Assembly (NCBI GenBank): GCA_963727455.1
Contig: CAVSGG010000009.1
Span: 64,001 to 128,000 of the forward strand
Reading direction: 5' to 3'
DNA: 64,000 nucleotides
From: Candidatus Krumholzibacteriota bacterium
GTDB lineage: Bacteria > Krumholzibacteriota > Krumholzibacteriia > JAJRXK01
The translations under genes were made by a program, and so were the position numbers. Below the pieces are notes generated by a model, which saw only the letters and a list, made by a program, of their open reading frames with translations, ran no database searches and had not been told where the DNA came from. Below are positions 27,248 through 36,909 of this stretch, in pieces (position 1 is the first letter of the stretch; each line of letters starts with the position of its first letter).

Positions 27248-29245
27248 GTGATCGACCGCGAAGAGGAAATGCCCTTCACCGGCGAGTACCTCGACTTTGC
27301 TCATGCGAGCACGGACGATCTGCAGACGCGCATTTTCGAGCTGCTCACCCTCGTGGAAACCAGCCGAGAGCTGCTGCGTGCCCACGACGCGGACGACGTG
27401 GCGCGCCGGGTTCTGCTGTCGGTGATCGGAGTGCTGGGCGCCTCCTCCGCCAGTGTCCTCCGCCGAGATCCCATCGGTGAGCGCATGGAACTCTTGGTGC
27501 ACGCGGGACTGGACATCGAGGAAAGGCTCGAATTCCATCTTCAAAGCGCGATGGTGGAGGCTTTCGAACAAAAGAGCGATGGACGACCCTTCCGCGTCGA
27601 CCGGGACCTCGTCCAGGGGCCGGCTCGCGATTTCCTGCACTCCTACGACACGGTGTTGGAAACTCTCGACGCGGCGGTGGTGTGCCCTCTCATCGGGCGT
27701 CAGGGGCTTTTCGGTTTCCTCCTCTTGGGACGCCGCCTCTTGAGCGAGGGATACTCCTCCAACGATCTGGAGGTCTTCGCGAGCTTGGCCGAGCTCTACA
27801 CCCTGGCGCTGGAACGCGGCGCCGGACCCGCCCCTATCCTGGGACGCGCGCCCGCGGAAGTACCGCGCGAAGTCTCTCTGGCGCTGCGCGAACTGCGCGA
27901 ATTGTATCCTCCGCTGCGAGGAATCCTCGGCGAGAGCGAGGCCATCCTCCAGCTCTTCCGTGACATGGTGCAACTCGCGCCGAGCCGCGCCACCGTTCTC
28001 ATTCAGGGAGAGAGCGGCACGGGAAAGGAGGTGGTGGCGCGCGCCATCCACGAACTCTCGGCCCGGCAGGGAGGCCCACTGGAGATCGTCGACTGTTCGT
28101 CGATCCCGCGCGAGCTCATCGAGAGCGAGCTCTTCGGGCACGTACGCGGCGCCTTCACCGGCGCGGTGCGCGATCGGCGCGGCGCCTTCGAGTTGGCGCA
28201 CCGCGGAACCCTGTTCCTGGACGAAATCGGAGACATGAGCCTTGCTTCGCAGACGCGTCTCTTGCGCGCGCTGCAGGAGGGGCGCTTCCGTCCGGTGGGC
28301 GGGGAGAAGACGAGATCGGTGGACGTTCGGGTGATCGCGGCCACCAACGTCGATCTGAGAGAAGCCGTCGCGCGCGGGGAATTCCGCAAGGACCTCTTCT
28401 ATCGGATTCAGGTCTATCCCCTCAGGCTGCCCCCCCTGCGCGAGCGGGTGGGTGACATCGCCATCTTGAGCCGCGCCTTCCTCAAGCGCTTCTACGCGGA
28501 CTTCGGGTTGAGGGAACCCGTGGTCGATCCGGAAGTCATCACAGCCTTGCAGGCCCATCTCTTTCCGGGAAACGTACGCGAACTCCAGAACATGGTCGAA
28601 GCTCTGGCCATCAGAAGCCGTGACGAGCGCCACGTGCGACTCGAACATCTGCGGCGCGTATTCGCGAGTCAGCAATTGACCCAGCGCCCTCTCGCGGATG
28701 CGCGCCCCGAGGAGAAATCGGCGGGCTCCTTAGCGAAAGAAGCCGCCGAAAGTGAAAGGGCCGGGCGGAAATTCCCCGTGGGTGACGCGGCGGGCGAGGC
28801 CGTGGCGCGCGCGCAGGAACTCACTCCCCTCAGTGACGACGCCGGTGAGGCCGTGGCGCGGCAGATCCTCGACGCCTGGCGCCAGACCGGCTTCAATCTG
28901 CTGGAAGCCAGTCGCCGTTTGAAATCGCTCCGGGCGCAGGGGGAGAACGTGTCCATCGTGGATCGAGTCCAAATGAACCACTACCTCGACGGGGAAACTC
29001 TCAAGGCCTTCGCGGCCAGTGGATCCACTGCGGATGTCGTCGCGATGCTGAGCTCGGGCTCCGAGCCACGTCACCGCGTCGCCCGCCGCACTTCCCGCCT
29101 GTTGCAACAGGCCCTGCAAGCTCTACGGGAAGATTCGTTGCACGAAACTTTCCAGCGCCTGCCGGCTCAGTACGAACCCGTTTTGCGCAAGCTGCAGAGC
29201 AAGGGCGCCGCCTGGATGCAGAAGCATCTGCAGACGGACTCCTGA
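27248..29245 (+). CDS. sigma54-dependent enhancer-binding protein (GAF + AAA+)
   Basis: N-terminal GAF-like region, [36 protein letters not shown]; long atypical C-terminus. Confidence 0.93.
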   Translation: MIDREEEMPFTGEYLDFAHASTDDLQTRIFELLTLVETSRELLRAHDADDVARRVLLSVIGVLGASSASVLRRDPIGERMELLVHAGLDIEERLEFHLQSAMVEAFEQKSDGRPFRVDRDLVQGPARDFLHSYDTVLETLDAAVVCPLIGRQGLFGFLLLGRRLLSEGYSSNDLEVFASLAELYTLALERGAGPAPILGRAPAEVPREVSLALRELRELYPPLRGILGESEAILQLFRDMVQLAPSRATVLIQGESGTGKEVVARAIHELSARQGGPLEIVDCSSIPRELIESELFGHVRGAFTGAVRDRRGAFELAHRGTLFLDEIGDMSLASQTRLLRALQEGRFRPVGGEKTRSVDVRVIAATNVDLREAVARGEFRKDLFYRIQVYPLRLPPLRERVGDIAILSRAFLKRFYADFGLREPVVDPEVITALQAHLFPGNVRELQNMVEALAIRSRDERHVRLEHLRRVFASQQLTQRPLADARPEEKSAGSLAKEAAESERAGRKFPVGDAAGEAVARAQELTPLSDDAGEAVARQILDAWRQTGFNLLEASRRLKSLRAQGENVSIVDRVQMNHYLDGETLKAFAASGSTADVVAMLSSGSEPRHRVARRTSRLLQQALQALREDSLHETFQRLPAQYEPVLRKLQSKGAAWMQKHLQTDS

Positions 29246-29307
29246 ACTGTGGCTCCCGAAGTGGAGCTCCTGGACTGTCGCTACCGAGCTGTAGCTCCTG
29301 CACTTTG
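29238..29307. repeat. Degenerate 14-bp tandem repeat x5 starting at the activator stop codon
   Basis: actcctgaactgtg / gctcccgaagtgga / gctcctggactgtc / gctaccgagctgta / gctcctgcactttg. Confidence 0.75.
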
Positions 29308-29310
29308 AGG

Positions 29311-29356
29311 CAAAGAAAAGCGGGGCGCCCTCCCTGAAAGGGACGCCCCGCTTTTC
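29311..29356 (-). terminator. Intrinsic terminator, likely bidirectional, longer U-tract on the minus strand
   Basis: GAAAAGCGGGGCG...CGCCCCGCTTTTC; minus strand ends CCCCGCTTTTCTTT. Confidence 0.85.
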
Positions 29357-29701
29357 GGGACTGGCGACGGGACCAATTCGGTCGGGCACGATACTCCCTC
29401 GCCAAGAGCACCGGCCACTTCGTCGTCAGCTCGGGGTTCGCCGATGCCGGGCGGCATCTTGCGGGAGTTCTCGCCAACTCCCTGGAACCCATTCTCAGCA
29501 ACGGAACCTTCGATTCGCTCCAGCGCGATCCCCCATGGGGAACGCCGGTCGAGTGGGGTCGTGGGGTGACCGGCGTCGCGCTGCCTTGTCGAGCTCCCTT
29601 TGGGGCTCCGTCTCCTCTCCTTCCACACTTCTCACGCCCTTCTCCCGCGGGCTTGCCGCGGAGTCCAGGGTCGTGAGTCAGAGGTGTCCGTGTGGCATCG
29701 C
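29311..29701 (-). ncRNA. Candidate sigma54-dependent structured non-coding RNA, about 390 nt
   Basis: Bounded by a -24/-12 promoter and a terminator; at least five internal hairpins; no credible ORF. Confidence 0.6.
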
Positions 29702-29710
29702 CCTCTCCCT

Positions 29711-29728
29711 AAGCAGGGCCGATGCCAA
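29711..29728 (-). promoter_or_regulatory. sigma54 (-24/-12) promoter
   Basis: Minus strand TTGGCATCGGCCCTGCTT, i.e. GG-N10-GC. Confidence 0.7.
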
Positions 29729-29749
29729 CTTTTCTCCTCTTTGGACAAC

Positions 29750-29896
29750 AAAGATCAAGCCATTGAAATACAATGACTTAGTGGTATAGCTCCTTCGGAA
29801 CCCCTCTGAATGTTGTTGTGAATTCCCAGCCGGTTCTCTGCAGTTTTTGTTGTTGCATGTTGTGACACATCAAAATTGAACAACATAAATGATGTC
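29750..29896. promoter_or_regulatory. AT-rich upstream region with IHF-like site and TGT..ACA UAS-like elements
   Basis: GATCAAGCCATTG (about 29753-29765) resembles WATCAA-N4-TTR; TGTTG-rich segments and TGTTGCATGTTGTGACACA lie about 110-190 bp upstream of the predicted start. Confidence 0.55.
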
Positions 29897-29970
29897 AAAG
29901 CTGCTAGCCGACTGCAAGAGACGTATTTGCGGGCTTTCTTGGGGCTTGGGGTACTGCTACTCTGGGAAGC

Positions 29971-31350
29971 ATGAGCAAGGCCTCCACACTCTGGCACGGC
30001 ATCGATACCCTGGTCTGCATGGACGCCCCGCGGCGGGTACTGCACGGCGCCTGGATCCGCAGCGAGGGTCCGCGCGTGCTGGAGCTGGGCGAAGGGAAGC
30101 CAGAGCCACGAGAGGGCGAAAGCGCGGTGGATTTGGGCGGGGGAATCGTGATCCCGGGCCTGGTGAACGTCCACCACCACCTCTGCCAGAACCTGACGCG
30201 CGCCTACGGACCCGCGGCCGACGCCGAGCTCTTCCAGTGGCTCACCACGCTCTATCCGATTTGGGCCGGCTTCACGCCGGAAAATCTGGATCTCGCGGCC
30301 CGTGTGGGATTCGCCGAGCTGTTGCTTTCGGGCTGCACCACCACGAGCGACCACCACTACCTCTTCCCGCGCGCGGGCGCATCCGAACTCTTGGATGCCT
30401 CCTTTCACGCCGCGCAGAGGCTGCGCATCCGCTTTCATGGCACTCGCGGATCGATGAGCGTGGACGAATCGCAGGGCGGTCTACCTCCGCGTTCGTGCAC
30501 CCAGGATGAGAGCATGATCCTGCTCGACAGCGAGCGCGTCATCAAACGCTGGCACGACAGGGCGCGCTACTCGATGCACCAGGTCGGGCTGGCCCCCTGT
30601 GCCCCCTTCTCGGTGAGTCAGGATCTCATGCGCGAAACCGCGCGTCTGGCGCGCGCGGAGGGAGTCCGCCTGCACACCCATCTCGCGGAAACCCGAGACG
30701 AAACGGCGTACTGTTTGGAACACTTCTCCTGTCGTCCGCTGGACTTCCTCGAGGAAGTGGAATGGGTCGGCGACGACGTTTGGCTGGCACACGGTATCTG
30801 GTTCGAGGAGAGCGAAATCGACCGCCTGGGAAAGGCGGCAGTGGGGATCGCCCACTGCCCCACCTCCAACATGCGCCTGGGTTCGGGAGTCTGTCCGGTT
30901 CCCGAATTGCGCGCGGCCGGAGTCGCGGTCGGTTTGGGAGTGGATGGGAGCGCGAGCAACGACACGGCGCACATGCTCAACGAGGCGCGGATGGCCCTGT
31001 ACCTGCGCCGACTGGAAAGTGGTGCGGCAGCCATGACCGCAATGGAGGCGCTCGAGCTGGCCACGCTGGGCGGTGCTCAGTGCCTGGGACGAGAGGAGCT
31101 GGGCTGGCTCGGAAAGGACTCCGCCTGCGATTTCGCGCACTATGATCTCGACGGGGAGATCGCGGCCAGCGGCGCCCACGATCCCCTGGCCGCGCTTCTC
31201 TTTTGCGGTCCCCTGCGCGCCAAGTCCGTCGTGGTCAATGGAGATCAGGTGGTGAGGGAGGGCCGCGTCCTCAGCGAGGATCTGGAGACGCTACTGCCAG
31301 CGCATCGCGAGGCGGCGCGGCAGCTGGTGCAGGCCGCGCGCAGCTCCTGA
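29971..31350 (+). CDS. 8-oxoguanine deaminase-like amidohydrolase
   Basis: PGLVNVHHHLCQNLTRA, LAPCAPFSV, LHTHLAET, HCPTSNMRLGSG, GVDGSASND. Confidence 0.88.
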   Translation: MSKASTLWHGIDTLVCMDAPRRVLHGAWIRSEGPRVLELGEGKPEPREGESAVDLGGGIVIPGLVNVHHHLCQNLTRAYGPAADAELFQWLTTLYPIWAGFTPENLDLAARVGFAELLLSGCTTTSDHHYLFPRAGASELLDASFHAAQRLRIRFHGTRGSMSVDESQGGLPPRSCTQDESMILLDSERVIKRWHDRARYSMHQVGLAPCAPFSVSQDLMRETARLARAEGVRLHTHLAETRDETAYCLEHFSCRPLDFLEEVEWVGDDVWLAHGIWFEESEIDRLGKAAVGIAHCPTSNMRLGSGVCPVPELRAAGVAVGLGVDGSASNDTAHMLNEARMALYLRRLESGAAAMTAMEALELATLGGAQCLGREELGWLGKDSACDFAHYDLDGEIAASGAHDPLAALLFCGPLRAKSVVVNGDQVVREGRVLSEDLETLLPAHREAARQLVQAARSS

Positions 31351-31370
31351 AGCGGCTCGTCTCGAGCGAG

Positions 31371-32450
31371 CTACCGCAAGAGCGGATGCGCGAGCAGGCT
31401 CGCGACCGCCGACTGAATCGTGAAACTCTGATCGACGAGACGGCGACCGCTCTCCCCGCGGCGCTCGGCTTCTTGCGGATCATCCAGAGCTTCCCGCATG
31501 GCCACGCACAGTCCTTCGACATCATCCACCTCGGTGAGCCAGCCGGTCTGTCCCGCCTGCACCACCTCGACGATCCCACCGGTGCGGGTGGCCACGACCG
31601 GCCGGGCGAGAGCCAGCGCTTCGAGCACCGTGTTGGGCAACGCTTCCCAACGCGAGGCCTGCACTACGAGGTCGGCGCGCTGCATGAGGGCGGGTACGTC
31701 GTCCCTGCGTCCCAGGAGACGGCAGGGGAGTTCGAGGTCCGCCGCGAGCGCCCGCAATGAGGCCTCGCAGGGACCGACACCCGCCAGCCAGACTTCGAGC
31801 GCACCCCTTTCGAGGCGCGCCGCGGCCCGTAGCACGAGTTCCTGCCCCTTGTTGTGGTCGAGCCGTCCCACGCTGAGAATGACCTTGGCCGCGCTCGCGG
31901 GCACCGCGAGATCGTCGGCGGCGCGACGTCGAAATTCCTCGGCATCGATCCCGTTGGGAACCACTCGCATCCTCGCCCTCCTCACACGCAGATAGCGGCG
32001 CGCATACTCCCGCACGTACTCGGATACCGGCAGGACCGCGTCGAAGCGCCGGTAACTCCACAGCGCCAGTGCACGATAAGCGAGACGCCGCGCGGGCTGC
32101 GGAACTTCACGGTCGAACATGTTGTGGATGGTGCTAAAACGCAGATAAGGCGCGCGCGCTCCCTGCATGGCCAGAAGCGCGTCCGCGCGCAGCATGTGGC
32201 TGTGCACGAGCCGGGGAGCGAAGCTCCCGAGCGCCTTGCGAAGTTCCTGGCGCGCCGCAGCCAGCGGACCGCGCACCGGAAGCCGCCGCGTCTGGACGCC
32301 GGCGAGAGCGTCGAAGCGATCGGTGAAGGGTCCCTCGGGCGAGATCAGCAGAACTTCGTGACCCAGGCGGGCCAGCTCGCGGGCCGTGAGCGCGGTGTTC
32401 TCCTCCGCTCCTCCCAGCGAGGCCGAGTCGATCAATTCGACGATTCGCAT
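31371..32450 (-). CDS. GT4 family glycosyltransferase
   Basis: GGAE, VVPNGID, VGRLDHNKGQ, SRWEALPNTVLEA. Confidence 0.92.
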   Translation of the reverse strand: MRIVELIDSASLGGAEENTALTARELARLGHEVLLISPEGPFTDRFDALAGVQTRRLPVRGPLAAARQELRKALGSFAPRLVHSHMLRADALLAMQGARAPYLRFSTIHNMFDREVPQPARRLAYRALALWSYRRFDAVLPVSEYVREYARRYLRVRRARMRVVPNGIDAEEFRRRAADDLAVPASAAKVILSVGRLDHNKGQELVLRAAARLERGALEVWLAGVGPCEASLRALAADLELPCRLLGRRDDVPALMQRADLVVQASRWEALPNTVLEALALARPVVATRTGGIVEVVQAGQTGWLTEVDDVEGLCVAMREALDDPQEAERRGESGRRLVDQSFTIQSAVASLLAHPLLR

Positions 32451-32493
32451 GTGCGCCAGACTAGCATGCCGGCAGGCCGGCCGCGAGATCGAG

Positions 32494-33120
32494 TCAATCC
32501 CGCCCTTGCTCAGCCGGGCAACCGAGCGCGCGCGTGATGAAGGTGATGGCGTCGTCGGCGGAGGACTCCAGCCGATAGTTGCGTTCGCTCAAGACCCAGT
32601 TGGTCGCCAGTTCGTCCAGGACCCCGAAGACCATCTTGGCCAGTTCCCGCGCGGAAAGATCGGCCAGAAAGACCCCCTCCTCTTGTCCGCGCTGAAGGAT
32701 GGAGCTCAGGGTGTCGAGATAAGCCTGCAAGAGCCCCAGGCTGAGCTCCTGCAAGAAGGGGATGCTCTTGCGCAGATCGACCTGAAACACCACGGCAAGT
32801 TCGCGATCCTCGCCGACGCATTCCAGATGAAGGCGGATGAAGCGTTCCAGCTGGGGGCGGGGCTCGAACTCCTCTGCGAGCACGAGCCGTCCGCGGCTGA
32901 GGAAGCGCCCCATGGCCCTCTCGTAGACCGCGCGCAGCAGTTCCTCTTTCCCGTCGAAATAGAGGTAGATGGTGCCGTCGGCGACTCCGGCCGCCTTGGC
33001 CACCTCGCTCACTCGGGCACGATGGAAGCCCCTGGCCGCGATCACGCGCACCGCGCCGTCCAGGATCAACTCCCGTTTTTCGTCGCGAATCCTGTCCTTG
33101 CGCGGGCCCATCGAGGCCAC
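32494..33120 (-). CDS. fadR: TetR family fatty-acid degradation repressor (YsiA/FadR type)
   Basis: VSEVAKAAGVADGTIYLYF HTH; VFQVDLRKS and GVLDELATNWVL; divergent from the fad operon. Confidence 0.82.
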   Translation of the reverse strand: MASMGPRKDRIRDEKRELILDGAVRVIAARGFHRARVSEVAKAAGVADGTIYLYFDGKEELLRAVYERAMGRFLSRGRLVLAEEFEPRPQLERFIRLHLECVGEDRELAVVFQVDLRKSIPFLQELSLGLLQAYLDTLSSILQRGQEEGVFLADLSARELAKMVFGVLDELATNWVLSERNYRLESSADDAITFITRALGCPAEQGRD

Positions 33121-33151
33121 CCTCCGGGCTGGCTTGAGGGAATTTTGAGAA

Positions 33152-33305
33152 TGAATATATATTCAGTAGTCGCCGCCAGGCGACGGACTCGGCCCTAATC
33201 CTGCATGCGAATCAGGGGCCAATTTTGCCCAGAAAACGCATGAATCCGGCAGAATCCGCCCGCTGGGGATCCCCGCCGCCTTCGTAAGGAGTGAATCGTG
33301 ATTCA
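33152..33305. promoter_or_regulatory. Two TGAAT-N4-ATTCA palindromes, candidate FadR operators
   Basis: TGAATATATATTCA 33152-33165 and TGAATCGTGATTCA 33292-33305; the second overlaps the fadN start codon. Confidence 0.7.
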
Positions 33306-35727
33306 GAATGAACCTCCGCGGAGAGTCCCGGTCTTGCGCCGGGTGGCGGTGCTCGGGGCGGGCACCATGGGAGCTGCGATCGCCGCGCATCTGGCCAACG
33401 CGGGACTTCAGGTTCTGCTGCTGGACCTCCCCCCGCGTGAACTGAGCGAGGAGGAGAGAGCACGGGGCGTGGATCCCGCCAGTAGTCAGCATCGCAACCG
33501 TCTGGCGCTGGCGGCCATCGCCGCGCTTGGCAAGCACCGTCCGGCTCCCCTCTTCACGCGTGAATTCGCCTCACGCATCGAAGCGGGAAACTTCGAGGAC
33601 CAGCTGGACCGCCTGGCCGAAATGGACTGGGTCATCGAAGTAGTGGTGGAGCGTCTGGACATCAAGCAGAGCCTGCTTGCGAAAGTGGAGAAGGCCGCGG
33701 GAGAAGGCACCATCATCTCCTCCAACACCAGCGGCATCCCCATCGCCTCTCTGTGCGAGGGACATTCGGAGAGTTTTCAGCGCCGTTTCCTGGGCACCCA
33801 TTTCTTCAACCCGCCGCGTTACATGCACCTGCTGGAGATCATTCCAGGGCCCGTGACCGATCCCGCCCTGGTCGAAACGCTGCGTGCCTTCGCCGACGAA
33901 CGTCTGGGCAAAGGGGTCGTCATCGCGAAGGACCGACCCAACTTCGTGGCCAACCGCATCGGTTGCTACGGAATGATGCGTACCGCCACGCTGATGCTCG
34001 AACACGAACTCGATGTCGATGCGGTGGATGCCCTCACCGGTCCGTTCCTGGGCCGGCCCAAGAGCGCGACCTTCCGCACCGCCGACCTGGTGGGCCTGGA
34101 CGTGCTCTTGCACGTGGCCGAAAACGTCGCTCTGAGCGCGCCGGAGGATCCGGAACTGGAGGTTTTCACTCCCATCCCCGAGCTGAAGCGCATGGTCGAG
34201 GAGGGCATGCTCGGCGAGAAGAGCGGCAAGGGCTTCTTCCGCAAGCAGACCGTCGATGGCAAGCGAGTGATCCAGACTCTGGACCTGAAGAGCTTCGAGT
34301 ACCGCGATCGCCAGAAACCTCACTTTCCCGAGATCGACATGCTCAAGAGCAACGACGAGCTGCAGCAGAGATTGCGCGGCATCTTCAAGGCCAAGGGAAA
34401 GGGAGCGGACTTCTGCTGGGCCGTGTTGCGCGACACTCTGCGCTACGCGGCGGAGGTGGCCGCGGAAATCGCCGACGATCTGCCCTCGATCGATCGCGCT
34501 CTACGCTGGGGTTTCGGCTGGCAGCTGGGTCCCTTCGAGCTCTGGGATGCGATGGGCTTTGCTGATGTCATCCAGCGCATGGAAAAGGACGGACGGCCCG
34601 CTCCGCAGTGGGTGAAGGCGCTCGCCGAGAGCGGAGCCTCGGGCTTCTATCAACGCGGCGAGAGCGGGGCGCACGAAGTCGCCTCCCTCGACGGCAGCGG
34701 CTTTGGCCCCTTGCACGAATTGCCCGGAGTTCTCGACCTCACTCTGCCCAGCCGTGGCCTCGCCAAGATCTCCGAGAACAGCGGCGCCAGTCTGTGGGAT
34801 CTCGGCGATGGGATCCTCGGTTTGGAATTCCACTCGAAGATGAACTCCATCGGCGGCGAGATTCTCTCGATGACCGCGCAGGCCGTCGATCGAGCCACGA
34901 GGGAAGCTCGCGGGCTGGTGGTGGGCAACCAGGGCCAAAACTTCTCGGTCGGGGCCAACCTCGCGCTTTTGTTGATGGCGGCGATCGAGGGTGAATACGA
35001 AGAGATCGATCTCATCGTACGCCAATTCCAGCGCACGACCATGAGCCTGAAGACCTGTCCGCGCCCGGTGGTGGTCGCACCCTTCGGACTCACTCTGGGT
35101 GGCGGATGCGAGTACACCTTGCACGGCGCGCGCGTCCACGCCTCGGCCGAACTCTATCTGGGCTTGGTGGAAGGCGGAGTGGGGCTCATCCCCGCCGGCG
35201 GCGGCAGCAAAGAATTCTACCTGCGCATGCTGGAAGCGCTGGGTCCAGAGGCCGATCCCATGGAGGCGGCGCGCCGCGCCTTCGAAACCATCGGCATGGC
35301 CAGAGTTTCCACCAGCGCGGTGGAAGCGAAGCAGCTCGGCTTTTTGCGCGCCAGTGACAGCCTGGCCATGAATCCCGACCGGCTCATCGCCGGAGCGAAG
35401 GCCGAGGCCATCGCTCTGGCCGAAGCGGGCTACGTGGCGCCCCAGCCACGCGAGGACATTCCGGTCTCCGGAGCGGACGGTCGCGCCCTGCTGGAGGTCG
35501 GGCTCTACAACATGCTCACCGCTGGCTACATCTCCCGGCACGACCAGCTCATCGGGAAAAAGCTGGCGCGGATTCTCACCGGAGGAGACGCCCCGGCCCA
35601 AAGCAAGCTCAGCGAGCAGCATCTACTCGATCTCGAGCGCGAGGCCTTCCTCTCGCTCTGTGGCGAACGAAAGTCTCTGGAACGTATCCAATACATGCTC
35701 AAGAAGGGCAAACCCCTGCGCAATTAG
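33298..35727 (+). CDS. fadN: 3-hydroxyacyl-CoA dehydrogenase/enoyl-CoA hydratase (FadN type)
   Basis: VLGAGTMGAAIAAH, SNTSGIP, GTHFFNPPRYM, FHSKMN, GGGCE, C-terminal GKPLRN. Confidence 0.93.
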   Translation: MIQNEPPRRVPVLRRVAVLGAGTMGAAIAAHLANAGLQVLLLDLPPRELSEEERARGVDPASSQHRNRLALAAIAALGKHRPAPLFTREFASRIEAGNFEDQLDRLAEMDWVIEVVVERLDIKQSLLAKVEKAAGEGTIISSNTSGIPIASLCEGHSESFQRRFLGTHFFNPPRYMHLLEIIPGPVTDPALVETLRAFADERLGKGVVIAKDRPNFVANRIGCYGMMRTATLMLEHELDVDAVDALTGPFLGRPKSATFRTADLVGLDVLLHVAENVALSAPEDPELEVFTPIPELKRMVEEGMLGEKSGKGFFRKQTVDGKRVIQTLDLKSFEYRDRQKPHFPEIDMLKSNDELQQRLRGIFKAKGKGADFCWAVLRDTLRYAAEVAAEIADDLPSIDRALRWGFGWQLGPFELWDAMGFADVIQRMEKDGRPAPQWVKALAESGASGFYQRGESGAHEVASLDGSGFGPLHELPGVLDLTLPSRGLAKISENSGASLWDLGDGILGLEFHSKMNSIGGEILSMTAQAVDRATREARGLVVGNQGQNFSVGANLALLLMAAIEGEYEEIDLIVRQFQRTTMSLKTCPRPVVVAPFGLTLGGGCEYTLHGARVHASAELYLGLVEGGVGLIPAGGGSKEFYLRMLEALGPEADPMEAARRAFETIGMARVSTSAVEAKQLGFLRASDSLAMNPDRLIAGAKAEAIALAEAGYVAPQPREDIPVSGADGRALLEVGLYNMLTAGYISRHDQLIGKKLARILTGGDAPAQSKLSEQHLLDLEREAFLSLCGERKSLERIQYMLKKGKPLRN

Positions 35728-35743
35728 TCCCGGGAGGAGATCG

Positions 35744-36883
35744 ATGACAGCCTACATCCTCGACGCGGTTCGTTCGCCGATGGGGCGCGCGCACAAGGGC
35801 AAGCTGGCGCCAGTTCGTCCCGACGATTTGGCGGCGCAACTGGTTCAGGCTCTTCTCGCACGCCATGAACAACTCGATCCCGCGACCATCGACGACCTGA
35901 TCGGAGCCACCGCCATGCCGGAGGCGGAACAGGGCATGAACCTGGGGCGCATCGTGGCCCAGCGCGCGCAGCTCCCCGACAGCGTCCCCGGGATGACGCT
36001 CAACCGCTTCTGCGCTTCCAGCTTGGAGGCGCTCGCGCTCGCGGTGGCGAAAATTCAGAGCGGAATGGCCGAAGTCGTGCTGGCTTTCGGCGTGGAGAGC
36101 ATGAGTCGCATCCCCATGGGGGGCCTGAAGCTCTCCCCCAATCCCTGGCTGGCCGAACACCGGCCCGGCAACTACCTGGGGATGGGGTTGACCGCGGAGA
36201 ATCTGGTGAAGCGTTACTCGATCTCCCGCGAGGATCAGGACGCCTTCGCCCTGAAGAGCCACCAGCGAACCACCGCCGCCGAAAAACAGGGTCTGTGGAA
36301 GGAGGAGCGTATCCCCTACTCCATCGAAGACGAGATCGTCTTGGATCATGACGAGTGTCCGCGCGCCGATACCAGCCTGGAGATTCTCGGCCAGCTCAAG
36401 CCCTCCTTCGCCCAGGACGGCACCGTCACCGCAGGCAACAGCAGTCCCCTGACCGACGGCGCGAGCGCCGTCCTGGTGGTGAGCGAGAGGGTCCTCAAGG
36501 AACTCAAGGAGGAGCCCTTGGGAAGACTCGTCAGCTATGCGGTGGCCGGAGTCGATCCGGAGATCATGGGAATCGCGCCGGTAGAGGCAGTGCCCAGGGC
36601 TCTGGCGAAGGCGGGTTGGAAACTGTCGGAGATCGAGCGAGTAGAACTGAACGAGGCCTTTGCCGCGCAGTCGCTGGCCGTGATCCGCGAACTGGGTTTG
36701 GACCCCGAACTCACCAATCCGCAGGGTGGGGCCATCGCCCTGGGACATCCTCTGGGCATGAGTGGCGCGCGGATTGCGGGGACCCTGCTGCACGCCATGA
36801 AGCGTTCCGGCGAGCGTAAGGGACTCGCCACTCTCTGTATCGGAGGCGGCATGGGAGCCGCCGCCGCCTTCGAGCGCGCTTGA
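35744..36883 (+). CDS. fadA: Acetyl-CoA C-acyltransferase (thiolase)
   Basis: [30 protein letters not shown]. Confidence 0.95.
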   Translation: MTAYILDAVRSPMGRAHKGKLAPVRPDDLAAQLVQALLARHEQLDPATIDDLIGATAMPEAEQGMNLGRIVAQRAQLPDSVPGMTLNRFCASSLEALALAVAKIQSGMAEVVLAFGVESMSRIPMGGLKLSPNPWLAEHRPGNYLGMGLTAENLVKRYSISREDQDAFALKSHQRTTAAEKQGLWKEERIPYSIEDEIVLDHDECPRADTSLEILGQLKPSFAQDGTVTAGNSSPLTDGASAVLVVSERVLKELKEEPLGRLVSYAVAGVDPEIMGIAPVEAVPRALAKAGWKLSEIERVELNEAFAAQSLAVIRELGLDPELTNPQGGAIALGHPLGMSGARIAGTLLHAMKRSGERKGLATLCIGGGMGAAAAFERA

Positions 36884-36909
36884 GTCGCGCCTGCACTGGA
36901 GATGCGAAC

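Noticed and set aside
29281-29628. 115-aa minus-strand ORF inside the candidate ncRNA
   Set aside because: GTG start with no convincing SD, no motifs, and it reads through the terminator hairpin.
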